A stretch of 63,221 bases of DNA, counting the filler, from Perkinsus chesapeaki ATCC PRA-425 (taxonomy: Eukaryota; Protista; Perkinsozoa): NCBI GenBank assembly GCA_013115145.1. It is 18 parts of 18 records of this genome, joined end to end, with 100 filler letters (N's around TTAATTAATTAA, not from the genome) between each part and the next. Parts side by side here need not be neighbours in the genome. Positions count along the whole stretch, not along the records: positions 48,767 to 50,358 come from JAAPAO010001876.1; positions 50,459 to 53,281 come from JAAPAO010001516.1; positions 53,382 to 58,112 come from JAAPAO010001233.1; positions 58,213 to 59,862 come from JAAPAO010001845.1; 14 more parts are not named here. One strand, given 5' to 3'. This document shows, one piece after another, positions 48,767 to 59,962 of this stretch. Position 1 is the first letter of the stretch, and each line of letters opens with the position of its first letter. The notes beneath the pieces were generated by a model. The model saw nothing but the letters and a program-made list of their open reading frames with translations. It made no database searches and was not told where the DNA came from. A program made the translations under genes and the position numbers.

Positions 48767-50358
48767 GCTGGCCATATATTATAACTATTGTAATATGATA
48801 ATATAAATATAAAGATATAGTATTATTTAAATATGATATTTCCTTAGCTTTATTAAATGTAAATTATTATATATTATTTGTTATTATTAATATTTGATAT
48901 GATTAATATTATATAATGATTAAATATGTATATCTTTATAAATTATAAGAATAAATATATCTAAATCTATATATTAAAATATAAATTATATAAGTTATTC
49001 TAATGCTATTAATAATTAATGTATATTTATTTATATCTATCTTTTAGCTATATTTAATATATTATATTAGTATACATTATATTATAAATAGATATGATTA
49101 TATTATTATATACCTGATATTAATATTATTAATAATTATATTATAGTCTATTGTATATTTATAGATAATAATAACTAGTGCATAAGATATATTTATATGT
49201 AATATTTATATAGGAATAGCATATATATTTATTATATAATATAGGGATATAACTTATTGTAATATATCATAACAGATAGATTTATATAGAATACCTATAT
49301 TTAATACAGATATAATTATAGATTAATATATTAATATTTATAGTCTTATACCACTTATAATATATATATTCTAGATATAACATATGATAATATACATATA
49401 AGTATAAATATAAGTATAGAATAAATATAGATAAATCTAAAGTTAATATAATATTTAATACTGATAAAATACAATATATATATTATTCTATAAATTAATA
49501 AATTACTATTAATAAAATACTGTATTAATCTTATAAATATTTATAGATATTAATTAATAGATAGATCTTTATACTATAGTTTATAATATATATTTATGGC
49601 TAGATAAGGAATATTATTAGTGCCAATAGTATAGAATAGATAATTAATATATATTATATTTATAATTAATAAACTAATAGATTTATATTTATCTCACTAG
49701 TAAATATACTAATATAATATAAATAGATAGAGCAAGTGCATATTAAATAAATACTAATATTACAGTAATATATATATTAAGATATAGATAAGCTGACATG
49801 GAGGTACTAATAATTTATATTCTTAAGAGCAGATATATAATATTTAACCTATTATCCCCTGTTTATATATTATTAAAATTATAGGATATATTATATATTA
49901 TATGCTATTATATACTATTAATTATTATTATATAATTAATGATCATATATACACATTTATATTAAATAATATACACTGTATTATAAATATCCATAATTAA
50001 TACAGAATATTAGATATATAAATAATATATTAAATAGACATTAGATTAATATATTCATGATATAATTAATTAAATATGGTAATAATAGATAATAAATTAT
50101 AAATATATTCATAAATATCAATATTAGACTATAAATTATAATATATATTTAAATAATATAAACTTATCATATATCATTATATTTATTATATCTATTAGTA
50201 ATGTATAAATAAAGGGATATTATAATATATATTTTATTACTTTATATATCTAGTATTATATATCTTTAAATGTATAGTTATATATATATTTATTATGTAT
50301 TATTCTATAGAGTAATGTATATTTATATTTATTATACACTATTATATATTTATATCTG
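48767..50358. other. Extremely AT-rich contig, probably mitochondrial genome (or a NUMT)
   Basis: Roughly 85-90% AT by eye, no long ORF on either strand, and contains an LSU rRNA fragment. Confidence 0.75.
49780..49866 (-). rRNA. Mitochondrial LSU rRNA fragment, domain V / peptidyl-transferase region (LSUF-like)
   Basis: Reverse complement CAGGGGATAATAGGTTAA...TTAGTACCTCCATGTCAGCTTATCTATATC is colinear with the 23S core CCGGGGATAACAGGCTGA...TTGGCACCTCGATGTCGGCTCATCACATC. Confidence 0.85.
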
Positions 50359-51342
50359 NNNNNNNNNNNNNNNNNNNNNNNNNNNNNNNNNNNNNNNNNN
50401 NNTTAATTAATTAANNNNNNNNNNNNNNNNNNNNNNNNNNNNNNNNNNNNNNNNNNNNACGAAAGGCTCTGTTGTGTTAGTTTTTCTCGAAGCGGGCTGC
50501 CGAATCAAGGATGAGGTCAAGTCAGACTGAGGACCACCGCCACAGCAGCAATGTCTCTCTCAGTTGGGAGTTGGAGCAAATGCCGATTGAGGGTCGTAAA
50601 AATTCGTACACCCGTCAGCCCACACCAATCCTTGAAGACACCGAAATACTGTGAGATATTCATCCCTCGCCGTTAAGGATTCATATCCTGGAATTCTAAG
50701 GTGCGAGGAGGACAAATCTGGCTGTAGCGTTGAGTGTAAACAGTGGTCGGTACAGGGCGATCGGTATAGGAAGAGCGGGAACCTTCGTACACTATCTTCA
50801 CGCTTGCAATCCGATCCTCCTAACGAAACAATTAATACATTCATGGGCTAATCATCTGGTTTCTCTGCGGTTAGTCCCGATAGCGGACCACCGGCACACA
50901 ATGTGTTATACCGTGAAGTGTCGGGTAGAGATCTAAATAAATGTATACACACAACAGTAGTATCGTGAACATGTATACGCCTATGCAAGAGAATGTGCCA
51001 CAACAAACAAGAAGGAAAACATCAGCAATGATGCCTCAACGTGAACCAATATTACTTGACTCATAACGAGCAAGTAGAGCTAGATGACCTACATTCAACG
51101 TGTAGCTGAAGCACTCACTCGTAAGCAAGACTGACTTGCGATAGCATCGCGTCACGTTAATACAATATCATCAATCAACATAACAGCAACAAGTGCGCAT
51201 GGGTTAATCATCTGGTTCCAACGGGTCGAGTCGCACATATATATGGTTATACATAACACGCACATATACACATCCGGTCGACAATCGACCACTGTCGATA
51301 TGCCAGATGGAAGGAAGAAAAAATGGCGTATTTCGCCACAAA

Positions 51343-51361
51343 CTTGAGCCAAGCTGGTTAC
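51343..51361 (-). other. Spliced-leader-like sequence (relic SL or SL-RNA variant)
   Basis: Minus strand GTAACCAGCTTGGCTCAAG matches 17/19 nt of the 3' part of the Perkinsus SL as recalled (ACCGTAGCCATCTTGGCTCAAG). Confidence 0.5.
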
Positions 51362-52051
51362 AAAGATCGGTGCGACTAGCAAGTGATTCAAATGCAGATA
51401 AACAATCTAGCTCGCATAGACAATAGAGTGGCAACACCAATAGACAAATGATGAACCGACTCTGGCTCGAACTGTACCTCCGAGGACACGTGCTTGCCAA
51501 ACCAATGGCGGGATCGACAGGCAACGTTGTCATAGTGGAAATCCAATCGAGGGTATATTTTGTATTTCGGTAATTTATTCACATTTGTACGACTTTGAAT
51601 CAACCCAAGACCCATGGTTGTGGAGAGAGTTTGCACTATATCACAAGATAGGAGTGCTATAGGTTTGGTCGAAGTATTTACAGGTTACAGTGCGCTGAAG
51701 TTGGTGTGATACTCTAGCCTAGAGTCTCTAGGAGTACCATATATGACAATACAACGTGCAGTAGGACTTCCGCTGTGGAAGTATCTTTTACTCAAACAGT
51801 CATCATGGTCGAAGGTTACTGACCTTATCCAGTGGGTCAGAGGGTGACTGGCAGCTGCATTTTTCTTCATCGGAGGACTCGGCGGCCACGTTGCCGTAGA
51901 TTGTCGGCTCGTCAGGGGTATCATTCACCGCTTCAAGTTGGCGTAACCCAGTTCGTCTGACGAAATTCGGCACGATAAATATATCCTCTTTAGGGCAACC
52001 TCTGACACGGTCAATACAAGTGCAAAAAGTTGTAGGCCGGTAACTATTAGC

Positions 52052-52924
52052 TCACCTTTTCTTCAACGACTTATCATAAGGGGACTCTCGGTAGAATCCG
52101 GGTACGCACCAACAGACTTGTCGCTTCGCATACCAGTTATATTCACACCACTTTGGCGGACTGTCACTTGGGTACCCTAAATACGATAGAAATTGACATC
52201 CAATTGACCAGGCGAGGGTATATACAGTACAAGACAGAACGCGGTGATCCCAGGGATCTTCTGACTTGCATGTTGCATTGAAGCCTGGTCCATGAGGTGG
52301 CATGAGTACATACAGCGGTCTGTGCTCGTAGCACCTACCAACGTTATCCGCAACTGTACTAGATTTAGGAGCTTCGAGTGTCATTACAGCCAATCCCGCT
52401 TCTTCCGTCCATTGCTAGCACCCTTGTCGTTTGGATCAAGCCGGCAATCTGAGAGACACAGGCCGCGAGTTCGTGTGCTAGGGCCACAGCAGGACGCTCT
52501 ACATACTGTATCTATTATAAATGTCCATATAACCGTCATCATCTTGGTGCTTCTCGTGAAGTCTTATACAGTATCTGAATCATTAGTGGACAGTCGTAAT
52601 GCCGGTAGTTCTTTGAACTCACTGCTTAGTCTTCTTTTTCCGCGCCCCGAATCTCTCGGCGTTCTTCCATTTATCATCGCATTCTGCCTGGCCATTTGAC
52701 TTGATCCATCCCCGTCCGTTCGCGTAGGGTTTATAGCTGACATGGTCTGACGCTCTGAGCACTTTCCACTCCCCTGAGCGACGGTCGCCGATGCGCTGCT
52801 ACTGTTTCGGTTCTGTGAGGACCTCACATGCTTTCTTATCCTTATTAGGACGCTTGAGGCGCCCTTGTGCAGGCTCATTCATAAAAAGCAATGCGGTTAG
52901 AGCAAGGGAGATGGCCGATACCAT
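52052..52924 (-). CDS. Multi-exon secreted Cys-containing protein, unknown family
   Basis: ATG at 52924, MVSAISLALTALLFMNEPAQG (signal-like); short GT-AG introns link KKACE|GEWKVLRASDH...KKTK|QYCIRLHEKH; final exon PKWCEYNWYAKRQVCWCVPGFY. Confidence 0.55.
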
Positions 52925-53615
52925 TAGTTGAGTAACGGGCACAGCTGCGGAATTGCGTAGGGGTTGAGAGTTGCAGGCAGCTTTTGCCAGATCTGTAGCC
53001 GTTATAAGGATAGCGTCGGCTAAAACGGCTTGAATGATAGACTCTTGCACTTCATAGAAAGCTCGTGCCGTCGTTGTGACCGTAGTAATATCATAATATT
53101 ATAGTGCTAGACCAACCAACTGCACGTGGCGCTATGTATGTTGAAGCAACCGCTCAAAGAGAATAACTATCAGCATCACCAACCATTGGCCTCTTTAAAA
53201 GATTGCGGTCCTTTGTCTAGCAAGACCTTGTCATCCAGTCAACAAAACTCCAAGAAAAACAAACGCAACAGAGCCTTTCGANNNNNNNNNNNNNNNNNNN
53301 NNNNNNNNNNNNNNNNNNNNNNNNNTTAATTAATTAANNNNNNNNNNNNNNNNNNNNNNNNNNNNNNNNNNNNNNNNNNNNGTTCATTGACATGGTTGTT
53401 CAATGAGTGGTAGTCGAATGAACTACTAGTTAGTGAGTTATTCTTCGCATTTTTTCCAGCCAAGTGAGCTGGTAGTGACTCGAGTATTAGGGTGACTAGT
53501 ACGTGCACCAGTGCGAGTGTTACGCTACGCAACCCAGGGTTGCCATTAGCAACTTGCAGAGAGGAGTGATGGGCTTGAGTGCAGTTCCTTTTTCCTTCAT
53601 TTTCTGTTATCTTTT

Positions 53616-54485
53616 ATGGGTTCCAGCGAGACCTCGACTAGTGCTGTTGTTGACTTGGATGGTTTGCATCCTGAAGTTTTGGCATTGGCGAGAGACTTCG
53701 ACAAGGATTCCTTCAGCAAGATTGCTCAAGCCCTTATCAAGAACAAGCTGTTCTCGCTAGAGATGATCCAAGCTATCGCTCGTCGTGAGGACCTTCGCAA
53801 CAAGTTGGCAACTGAGGCGAAGTTGGAGTTCCCTGATATGTGCGTTTTAAACGCTCTTTTCGATAGAGCGCTCTTGGAGGGTAAGGAGTCCGCTCAACCA
53901 CGGCCTGAACCAACCCCCGATCTGGGAACTATACTCGTCGAGGCCGGCAAAAGGTTCGGCAACCTCCCAGACCCGAGCATGCTTCCTGCTAACCCGAACA
54001 CTATCAATAAGATGATGAAGGTCCAGTCAGCCATTAACATCGACATGAGAGAGTTCCATCCTCTACGCGATTTGCAGTCCCAAGCTTCGGGCGGTCTTGT
54101 CGGAGGTAGTATTCCCCTTCGTGCATGCGGCAAGACTGGTGCTATTATTCTTGATCGCGACGCAGACTTCAAGAAAATCACTAGTTTCACCGACTTTACA
54201 TGTTGTTTCTTAAGGTTTGCTCAGACAATGTCCGTGTTCCATCCTCTGACCACCGCTGGGAAGAACGTGAGTAGTCCCGACTATGTACCTGGAGTGAGTT
54301 TTTACGACCTCCTAGCCTACTGGAGACGACTATATGACAATGCTGGGGCCTGTTATGGTGATGAGTACGATGTTGTTATACATTATTGCCAAGTAGTGGC
54401 TACGGTACAATTGACTGCTCGAGGCTGTCTTTCGAAGAAGACTAAGGGCAAGTTGGCAAAAGCTGGGCTACCTATATCTTTGTGA
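53616..54485 (+). CDS. gag-like ORF1 of the YR retrotransposon
   Basis: ATG preceded by a pyrimidine tract; helical FTDFTCCFLRFAQ...LLAYWRRLY region; lies upstream of the RT. Confidence 0.55.
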   Translation: MGSSETSTSAVVDLDGLHPEVLALARDFDKDSFSKIAQALIKNKLFSLEMIQAIARREDLRNKLATEAKLEFPDMCVLNALFDRALLEGKESAQPRPEPTPDLGTILVEAGKRFGNLPDPSMLPANPNTINKMMKVQSAINIDMREFHPLRDLQSQASGGLVGGSIPLRACGKTGAIILDRDADFKKITSFTDFTCCFLRFAQTMSVFHPLTTAGKNVSSPDYVPGVSFYDLLAYWRRLYDNAGACYGDEYDVVIHYCQVVATVQLTARGCLSKKTKGKLAKAGLPISL

Positions 54486-54678
54486 TTTCTGTGTTTTCTT
54501 CTGTGTCTTCTCGAGGCCCAGCCTGGGGGGCGTGATATGCGCTGTTCAATTGTGTCGTTTGTATACTAAGCTTAGCTTACGATTATGTAGTAGCTTAGTA
54601 AATATATTCATATACTCTTCTTACTCAATATTTGTTGTATTAACTAATGGGATCGGAGAAAGATTATGACCTCAACTC

Positions 54679-56672
54679 TTGGAGTCGGCACTTGGTCCCG
54701 ATGGCAAAATCGCCACTAATCGAGTTGAAGAACTTAGCGGAGTCTTCGAAGCCGCCGTCAACCAGCTCCGTGAGACTATTTCAGAACGTTTCGGGATAAG
54801 TTCTCGAACCGCTGCAATTGGGGGACCTTTGAGGCCCGAACTACTTTGGTGGATGGGCGAGCTGGTTGGCGACTCCTCCAATGACCCAAAACTATGTGAA
54901 GATATCGATCGCGGTATGAGTCTGGGTTTCTCTGGTGAGCTGGAGCCAAGTAACGTCTTCCCACCTCATTTCTCGACTTCGGAGGAGAGGGTGACAGAGG
55001 ATGAGGTACTAGTTAACCTCCGAAGGTCTTTTAGAAACTACCGGTCAGCTGAAAGCGAGAGTCACACAGTGCTATCTATGATACAGGATGAGGTGCGTCT
55101 CGGGCGTATGCGACCCCTGTCAAAGCAGGAGATGTGGGACGAGCAAAGGTGTTTCTCGCGGGTTGCAGCAATCCCAAAAGCTGATTGCTCTGAGCTGAGG
55201 CTGGTGGAGGACTATCGCAGGAGCAAAGCGAATGAAAGAATTCGTTTGGTCGAGAGGGTTTGCCTTCCCAGACTGAGGGACATAGTGAAGATGCTTCAGC
55301 ACGTGCTGTATGGTGAGGATGGCAAAAAGCTCGACATGATAGGGGCGATCTTGGACTTGAAAGGCGCTTACCGTCATGTTAACTTACTTCCGGAGGAGAG
55401 AAGATTTTGCTCGGTAGTAGTTTCTCAAGAAGGAGAGAAGTTGGGCTTTGAGCATTTGATGATTCCTTTTGGAGTTCGAAGTGCCCCGTGGGGATTTTGT
55501 CGACTGTCTTCCAAGCTTCTACGAATTCTGAAAGCCTTCGTTTTTCTTCTCGAGTATCTCCAATCCTTTGTTGTTAAGCCCCGGTCAGGGGCCATGGTGT
55601 ACATTGATGATTTTCTTTGGCTGTTTCGTGCAGCCACGGCCAGTAGGCTCCTCACCAGTGTGATACTACTCATTTTGTTGGTCGGCGTGGCAGTGTCATG
55701 GCCAAAGCTATGTGTCCGTGGTGACCAAATTAAGTTCATCGGTTTCAACTTGATCCTTAATAAAGAGCCAGTGATGATAGCTATACCAGATGCAAAGCTG
55801 GCTGAAGTAAAAGCTCTTATTCGTTCTGTGATCGATAATCCCCGATCGGTAGCTGCAGAGACGTTGGAGTCCTAACAGGGAAGTTAGGAAGGGTATCTAC
55901 TGTCTGCAGTTTTTGCAGACCTTTTCTTTCTGCGTTTTATTCGCGCTTGGCAGGCCTCAGGAAACATGGTGTGGTCCGGTTCCGTATATCGCCACAATCT
56001 GATCTATTTAAAGTTCTACGGTGGTGGCAGGACTTACTTGAGAACGAGGAATTTCGCCTGCGTTTACCAGTACCGGCGCCTTTCCAGGCAACGCCGAGAA
56101 TTGTGGTCGCGAGTGATGCATCAGCAAAAGCGTTAGGAGCTTGGGCCTCTTGCGGTCCTGTTGTATACTGGTATAAGGTGGATATTCGTGGTGGGGCTAA
56201 TCTAGGCCCTTGGCGGAAGTTTCTCGAGGATCCGTCTTCGCCATCCTGCAGGGACATGGTTTTTCTAGAGACCTTAGCTGCGTGCTTAGGCCTTTTGTTA
56301 GCGATACGAATGTTCGCCCTAGAAGAGGACGAGAGAATTTGGGTGAGCCTCCAAACTGACAACACCGGCACCAAGTCCCATTTCGAGAAATTTCGTTCGC
56401 CCACTGACAGGGTGAACCAGCTGTTGAAGGCGATGGCAGCTAAGCTTGGGTGTATCGCTTATCGATACGACGTCTCTTATATCGCGTCGGCTGAGAACTA
56501 CTATGCTGATTTGATAAGTAGAGTTCAGGACCCAAAGGGCCAACTCCCCGAATCCTGGAAGGAAGTTCCGATGAGTACTAGCAGTCTGCGGCTGCTAAAT
56601 TGCCAACGAAAGCCGTGGAATAGAGTGAGCAAAGGTATTCGCTGCGATTCTCAGAAGAGCAGCAGAGGGTAA
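54679..56672 (+). CDS. RT/RNase H, split by a single-base frameshift near 55872
   Basis: LRLVEDYRRS, LDLKGAYRHV, IPFGVRSAPWGF, VYIDDF, FIGF; after the shift LTGKLGRV..RPFL, VASDASA, LETLAA, QTDN, SAENYYADLISR. Confidence 0.92.
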
Positions 56673-56951
56673 TGAATCGTTACTACTGATACGTGGTATT
56701 GTAGAAGTGTTTCCGATTGCTCAAATGATTGGTTGTGTGGTTCGTAATGAAGCAGAGTAATGATAGTGCTCCGATGTTTAAGTGGAGTCCCAAGAACACG
56801 AGTACAGCAGTAGCACGGTTAGTGTAGCTGTTACAGTGTAACAGTAGTACTCTTACAGTGCAAGACGATTTACTCGGCGTCCCGCTAATTTCAGTTTTCT
56901 TTTGAAAACAGTGTTTTCGTAGGTTGTTCTCGAATTCCTGCTAAAGGAGGT

Positions 56952-57965
56952 TTGAGACCGGTCCAGAAGCGTCGAGATATGCGAGGAGCGGCTAGGGATG
57001 CTGTCATGTGTTCCGACACGAACCAACTTGCGCGTGAGGTATCAGAGTTTATTCAAAATGGGCATGCCACAGCAACGAGGGATAAGTATAGCTCCGTTAC
57101 TAATTTCTACCGCCAGGTTGTTGGTCTGGTGGTACAACCTTTTCCTGCATCCGGTTCATCAGTGGCTATCTTTATATGGAGCTTAAGTCGTGCGGGTTAC
57201 AAATACTCTTCTGTGATAAGTTATGTCAGTGCAGTAAAAACTACTAATACCTCGTACGGACATACCCTTTCAAGTTTCGACCAGTATCAAATTAGTCAAG
57301 CTCTGAAATCAGCCGCAAAAATATGTGACATGTCGCTTGACCAGAAGGAACCACTTTCAAGAGATCAGGTTATATCCCTGGGTAGCTTAGATACCGAGGG
57401 ACATAACATATATATAACGGCTGCCCTAGTGGGTATTTACGGGTTTCTGCGCCCTGAGGAAATTATAGATATGGACTCGGGGGATTTGTCATTCCCAAAT
57501 GCACATGGGCGACTGGTCGCACAGTTGGTTGTGAAGTACTCCAAAACTGACCAGTGTGGGAAGTCTGAGAAGGTTTATATCGGTTGTGTATTAGGCCGCC
57601 CTTTGGGAACGGAATGTGTTGGCTATTGTGCATTTCACAGAATTCGGGATCTTCCCAAAAGTGATGATTCTTTGCCCTTGTTTACAAAGAGGGGCAACCG
57701 TATAACCTACGATAAGTTCTCCTCGGAATTTCGCTGCGCTCTTCAGCGCATTGGGGTTCCATCCTCTACAATTGAGGATTTTGGGCTTCATTCGCTGCGG
57801 CGAACAGGTGTTCAGCTTGGCTATGGGCAAAATGCGGATGAGCATCTGTTAAGGGAGCAAGGCCGCTGGTCGTCGAATGCAATTCATCAATATCTCCGAG
57901 GCGCATCAGCCTCAAAGCGCGTCAGACTGGCAGAAGTTATGATGGGTCAATCGAGTGAGGCCTAG
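56952..57965 (+). CDS. Tyrosine recombinase, 337 aa (first in-frame ATG near 56979)
   Basis: GFLRPEE (R), YSKTDQ (K), HSLRRTG (HxxR), GRWSS and QYL (Y). Confidence 0.93.
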   Translation: MRPVQKRRDMRGAARDAVMCSDTNQLAREVSEFIQNGHATATRDKYSSVTNFYRQVVGLVVQPFPASGSSVAIFIWSLSRAGYKYSSVISYVSAVKTTNTSYGHTLSSFDQYQISQALKSAAKICDMSLDQKEPLSRDQVISLGSLDTEGHNIYITAALVGIYGFLRPEEIIDMDSGDLSFPNAHGRLVAQLVVKYSKTDQCGKSEKVYIGCVLGRPLGTECVGYCAFHRIRDLPKSDDSLPLFTKRGNRITYDKFSSEFRCALQRIGVPSSTIEDFGLHSLRRTGVQLGYGQNADEHLLREQGRWSSNAIHQYLRGASASKRVRLAEVMMGQSSEA

Positions 57966-58212
57966 CGCATGTAGTTATGTTATAATATTCGATTCTTTTG
58001 TTGTGTTATTTAAGTAGCGTATGGTGGGTGTCGAATTCGGGTGAAGCGTCTCCCCACCAGGCTATTCTCGGATCCCCAGCTAGCCTAGTGGTTCATGTTT
58101 CTCATGCTAGCTNNNNNNNNNNNNNNNNNNNNNNNNNNNNNNNNNNNNNNNNNNNNTTAATTAATTAANNNNNNNNNNNNNNNNNNNNNNNNNNNNNNNN
58201 NNNNNNNNNNNN

Positions 58213-59862
58213 GTAACCCCTATAACAATTGGTACTATTTTAATTGAATACCCCGGATATAACAATGCTAACTCTTGTAACAGAGGTTGATATTTTCCTC
58301 TTTTCTCATCCTCTTTTCTAATAACTCCAAAATCATTGGAAACAGCAATTTCAGCAACAATAACTATTTTTCTAATATCAAGAACACATAAAATATCAGG
58401 CTTATAATGATCAATAATATGAATGGTATGAATCGGCTGATCCCAGTATAAACTGCCTCTGTCTGATGACACACATGGTGGCCTTGTCGTCCACCATCTA
58501 TCCTGAAACTGAATACCAACCAATTCACAACAAGCTCTATATACTAGTTTAGCAATTCTATTATGTCTATCTAGATATTCTGCGTTCGCAAGAGTCCTAC
58601 AAGAAGATGCTATATGATATAATGTTTCAACTTCAACACCACACAATCTACATAAAACATTTTCTTTAGCTATAGGAAACGCGTTTGTGTGAATTGATAA
58701 TGTTCTAAGCGCACATATATCTGATTCATGTTGAGGAGATATTTTAACTCTGGACAACCAATTTAACGAAGAACCAATATCAACACCTTCTGTTTCTAAA
58801 CACAAGATTTTCTTTAACCAACTACCTGCTGCCGGTAATTCCAGTAATTTCTTTTTCCGATTTTCATCAAGTATATTAAAATCATTCTTATTAATAGCTT
58901 CATCTACATTCCATCCAAGATTAGATTTAATTTTTCCCGCCCTTTTAATAATTTTATTTAATGGATTAGTTGTTTTAATATGAGGAATATAATTGTTAAT
59001 ATTATTATCCTTTATATATTGACTAATATTAATCGTAAATTTTATCCAAATATCCTCAATATTAATTAATCCACGACCTCCATTTTTCCTAGATAGATAT
59101 AATAACTCAGTACTCGATGAATAATCATGTGCTAAGAATTTTCTCAATATACCCCTAACTTTACAATCTAAATTAATAACATTGTTCTTCCCTAACAATC
59201 CAGCTTGAATTGGATAATAAACAACTGGTATGGCCCATGTATTTATTGCTTTAATTGTATCAACTGCAGATAATTTAACTTTTAAAATCAATTGAATACG
59301 TTTGCAAAGTATATTTTTAACATTATTGTATACCTCATCTTTATTTGGTAACAAATTTTGCGGAATACCCAGATATGTATAAGTTTCACTCCCGAGATAC
59401 TTAACATTATTAAGTGACCCTATACCATTATCAGGACAATTAATATCAACCACACCCTTAGTAATATTAATCCATGCACACTTTGGTAAACCAAATTTTA
59501 ATCCTGCGAAGCTACCTATTGTCTTTGTTACATCAAACTGTTTTTGAAGTTCAGTAAATGTTCTAGCATATAATTTCAAATCATCTACAAATAATAAATG
59601 ATCTACTTTCCTATTGTTTCGAGCATTTCCAAAATAGTATCCTTCATTTAGATTATGTAATGCTTCAGAAATAGGTTGTGTTCCCAGTATAAATAAGCAA
59701 GGAGACAAAGAATCACCTTGAAATATACCTTTATTTACTTTAACTATACCATTATCTAATTTTCTTCCTTGAATATGTAAAGATAGCTCCCATTTTTCCA
59801 TAGAGTTACCAATAAAATTTACTAATTTATCCCCAATACCAAATTTTCTTAACCACAATCTT
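58213..59862 (-). mobile_element. RLE-type non-LTR retrotransposon (R4/Dong-like): RT, CCHC finger and restriction-like endonuclease; truncated
   Basis: GIFQGDSLSPCLF, HLLFVDDLKLY, KFGLPKC, YTYLG; CRLC...ETLYHIASSC; RHNRIA; KPDIL...AEIAV...K..KY (PD-(D/E)xK). Confidence 0.92.
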
Positions 59863-59962
59863 NNNNNNNNNNNNNNNNNNNNNNNNNNNNNNNNNNNNNN
59901 NNNNNNTTAATTAATTAANNNNNNNNNNNNNNNNNNNNNNNNNNNNNNNNNNNNNNNNNNNN

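Larger units (their letters stand above)
53616..57965 (+). mobile_element. Near-complete DIRS/Ngaro-like YR retrotransposon with collinear gag-RT/RH-YR order
   Basis: ORF1 53616-54485, RT 54679-55875, RNase H 55872-56672 and YR 56952-57965, all on the + strand. Confidence 0.9.

Noticed and set aside
58022-58059. TGGTGGG...CCCACCA hairpin or tRNA-like CCA end after the YR gene
   Set aside because: Only a 7-bp stem with no cloverleaf; cannot be assigned as an element terminus without other copies.
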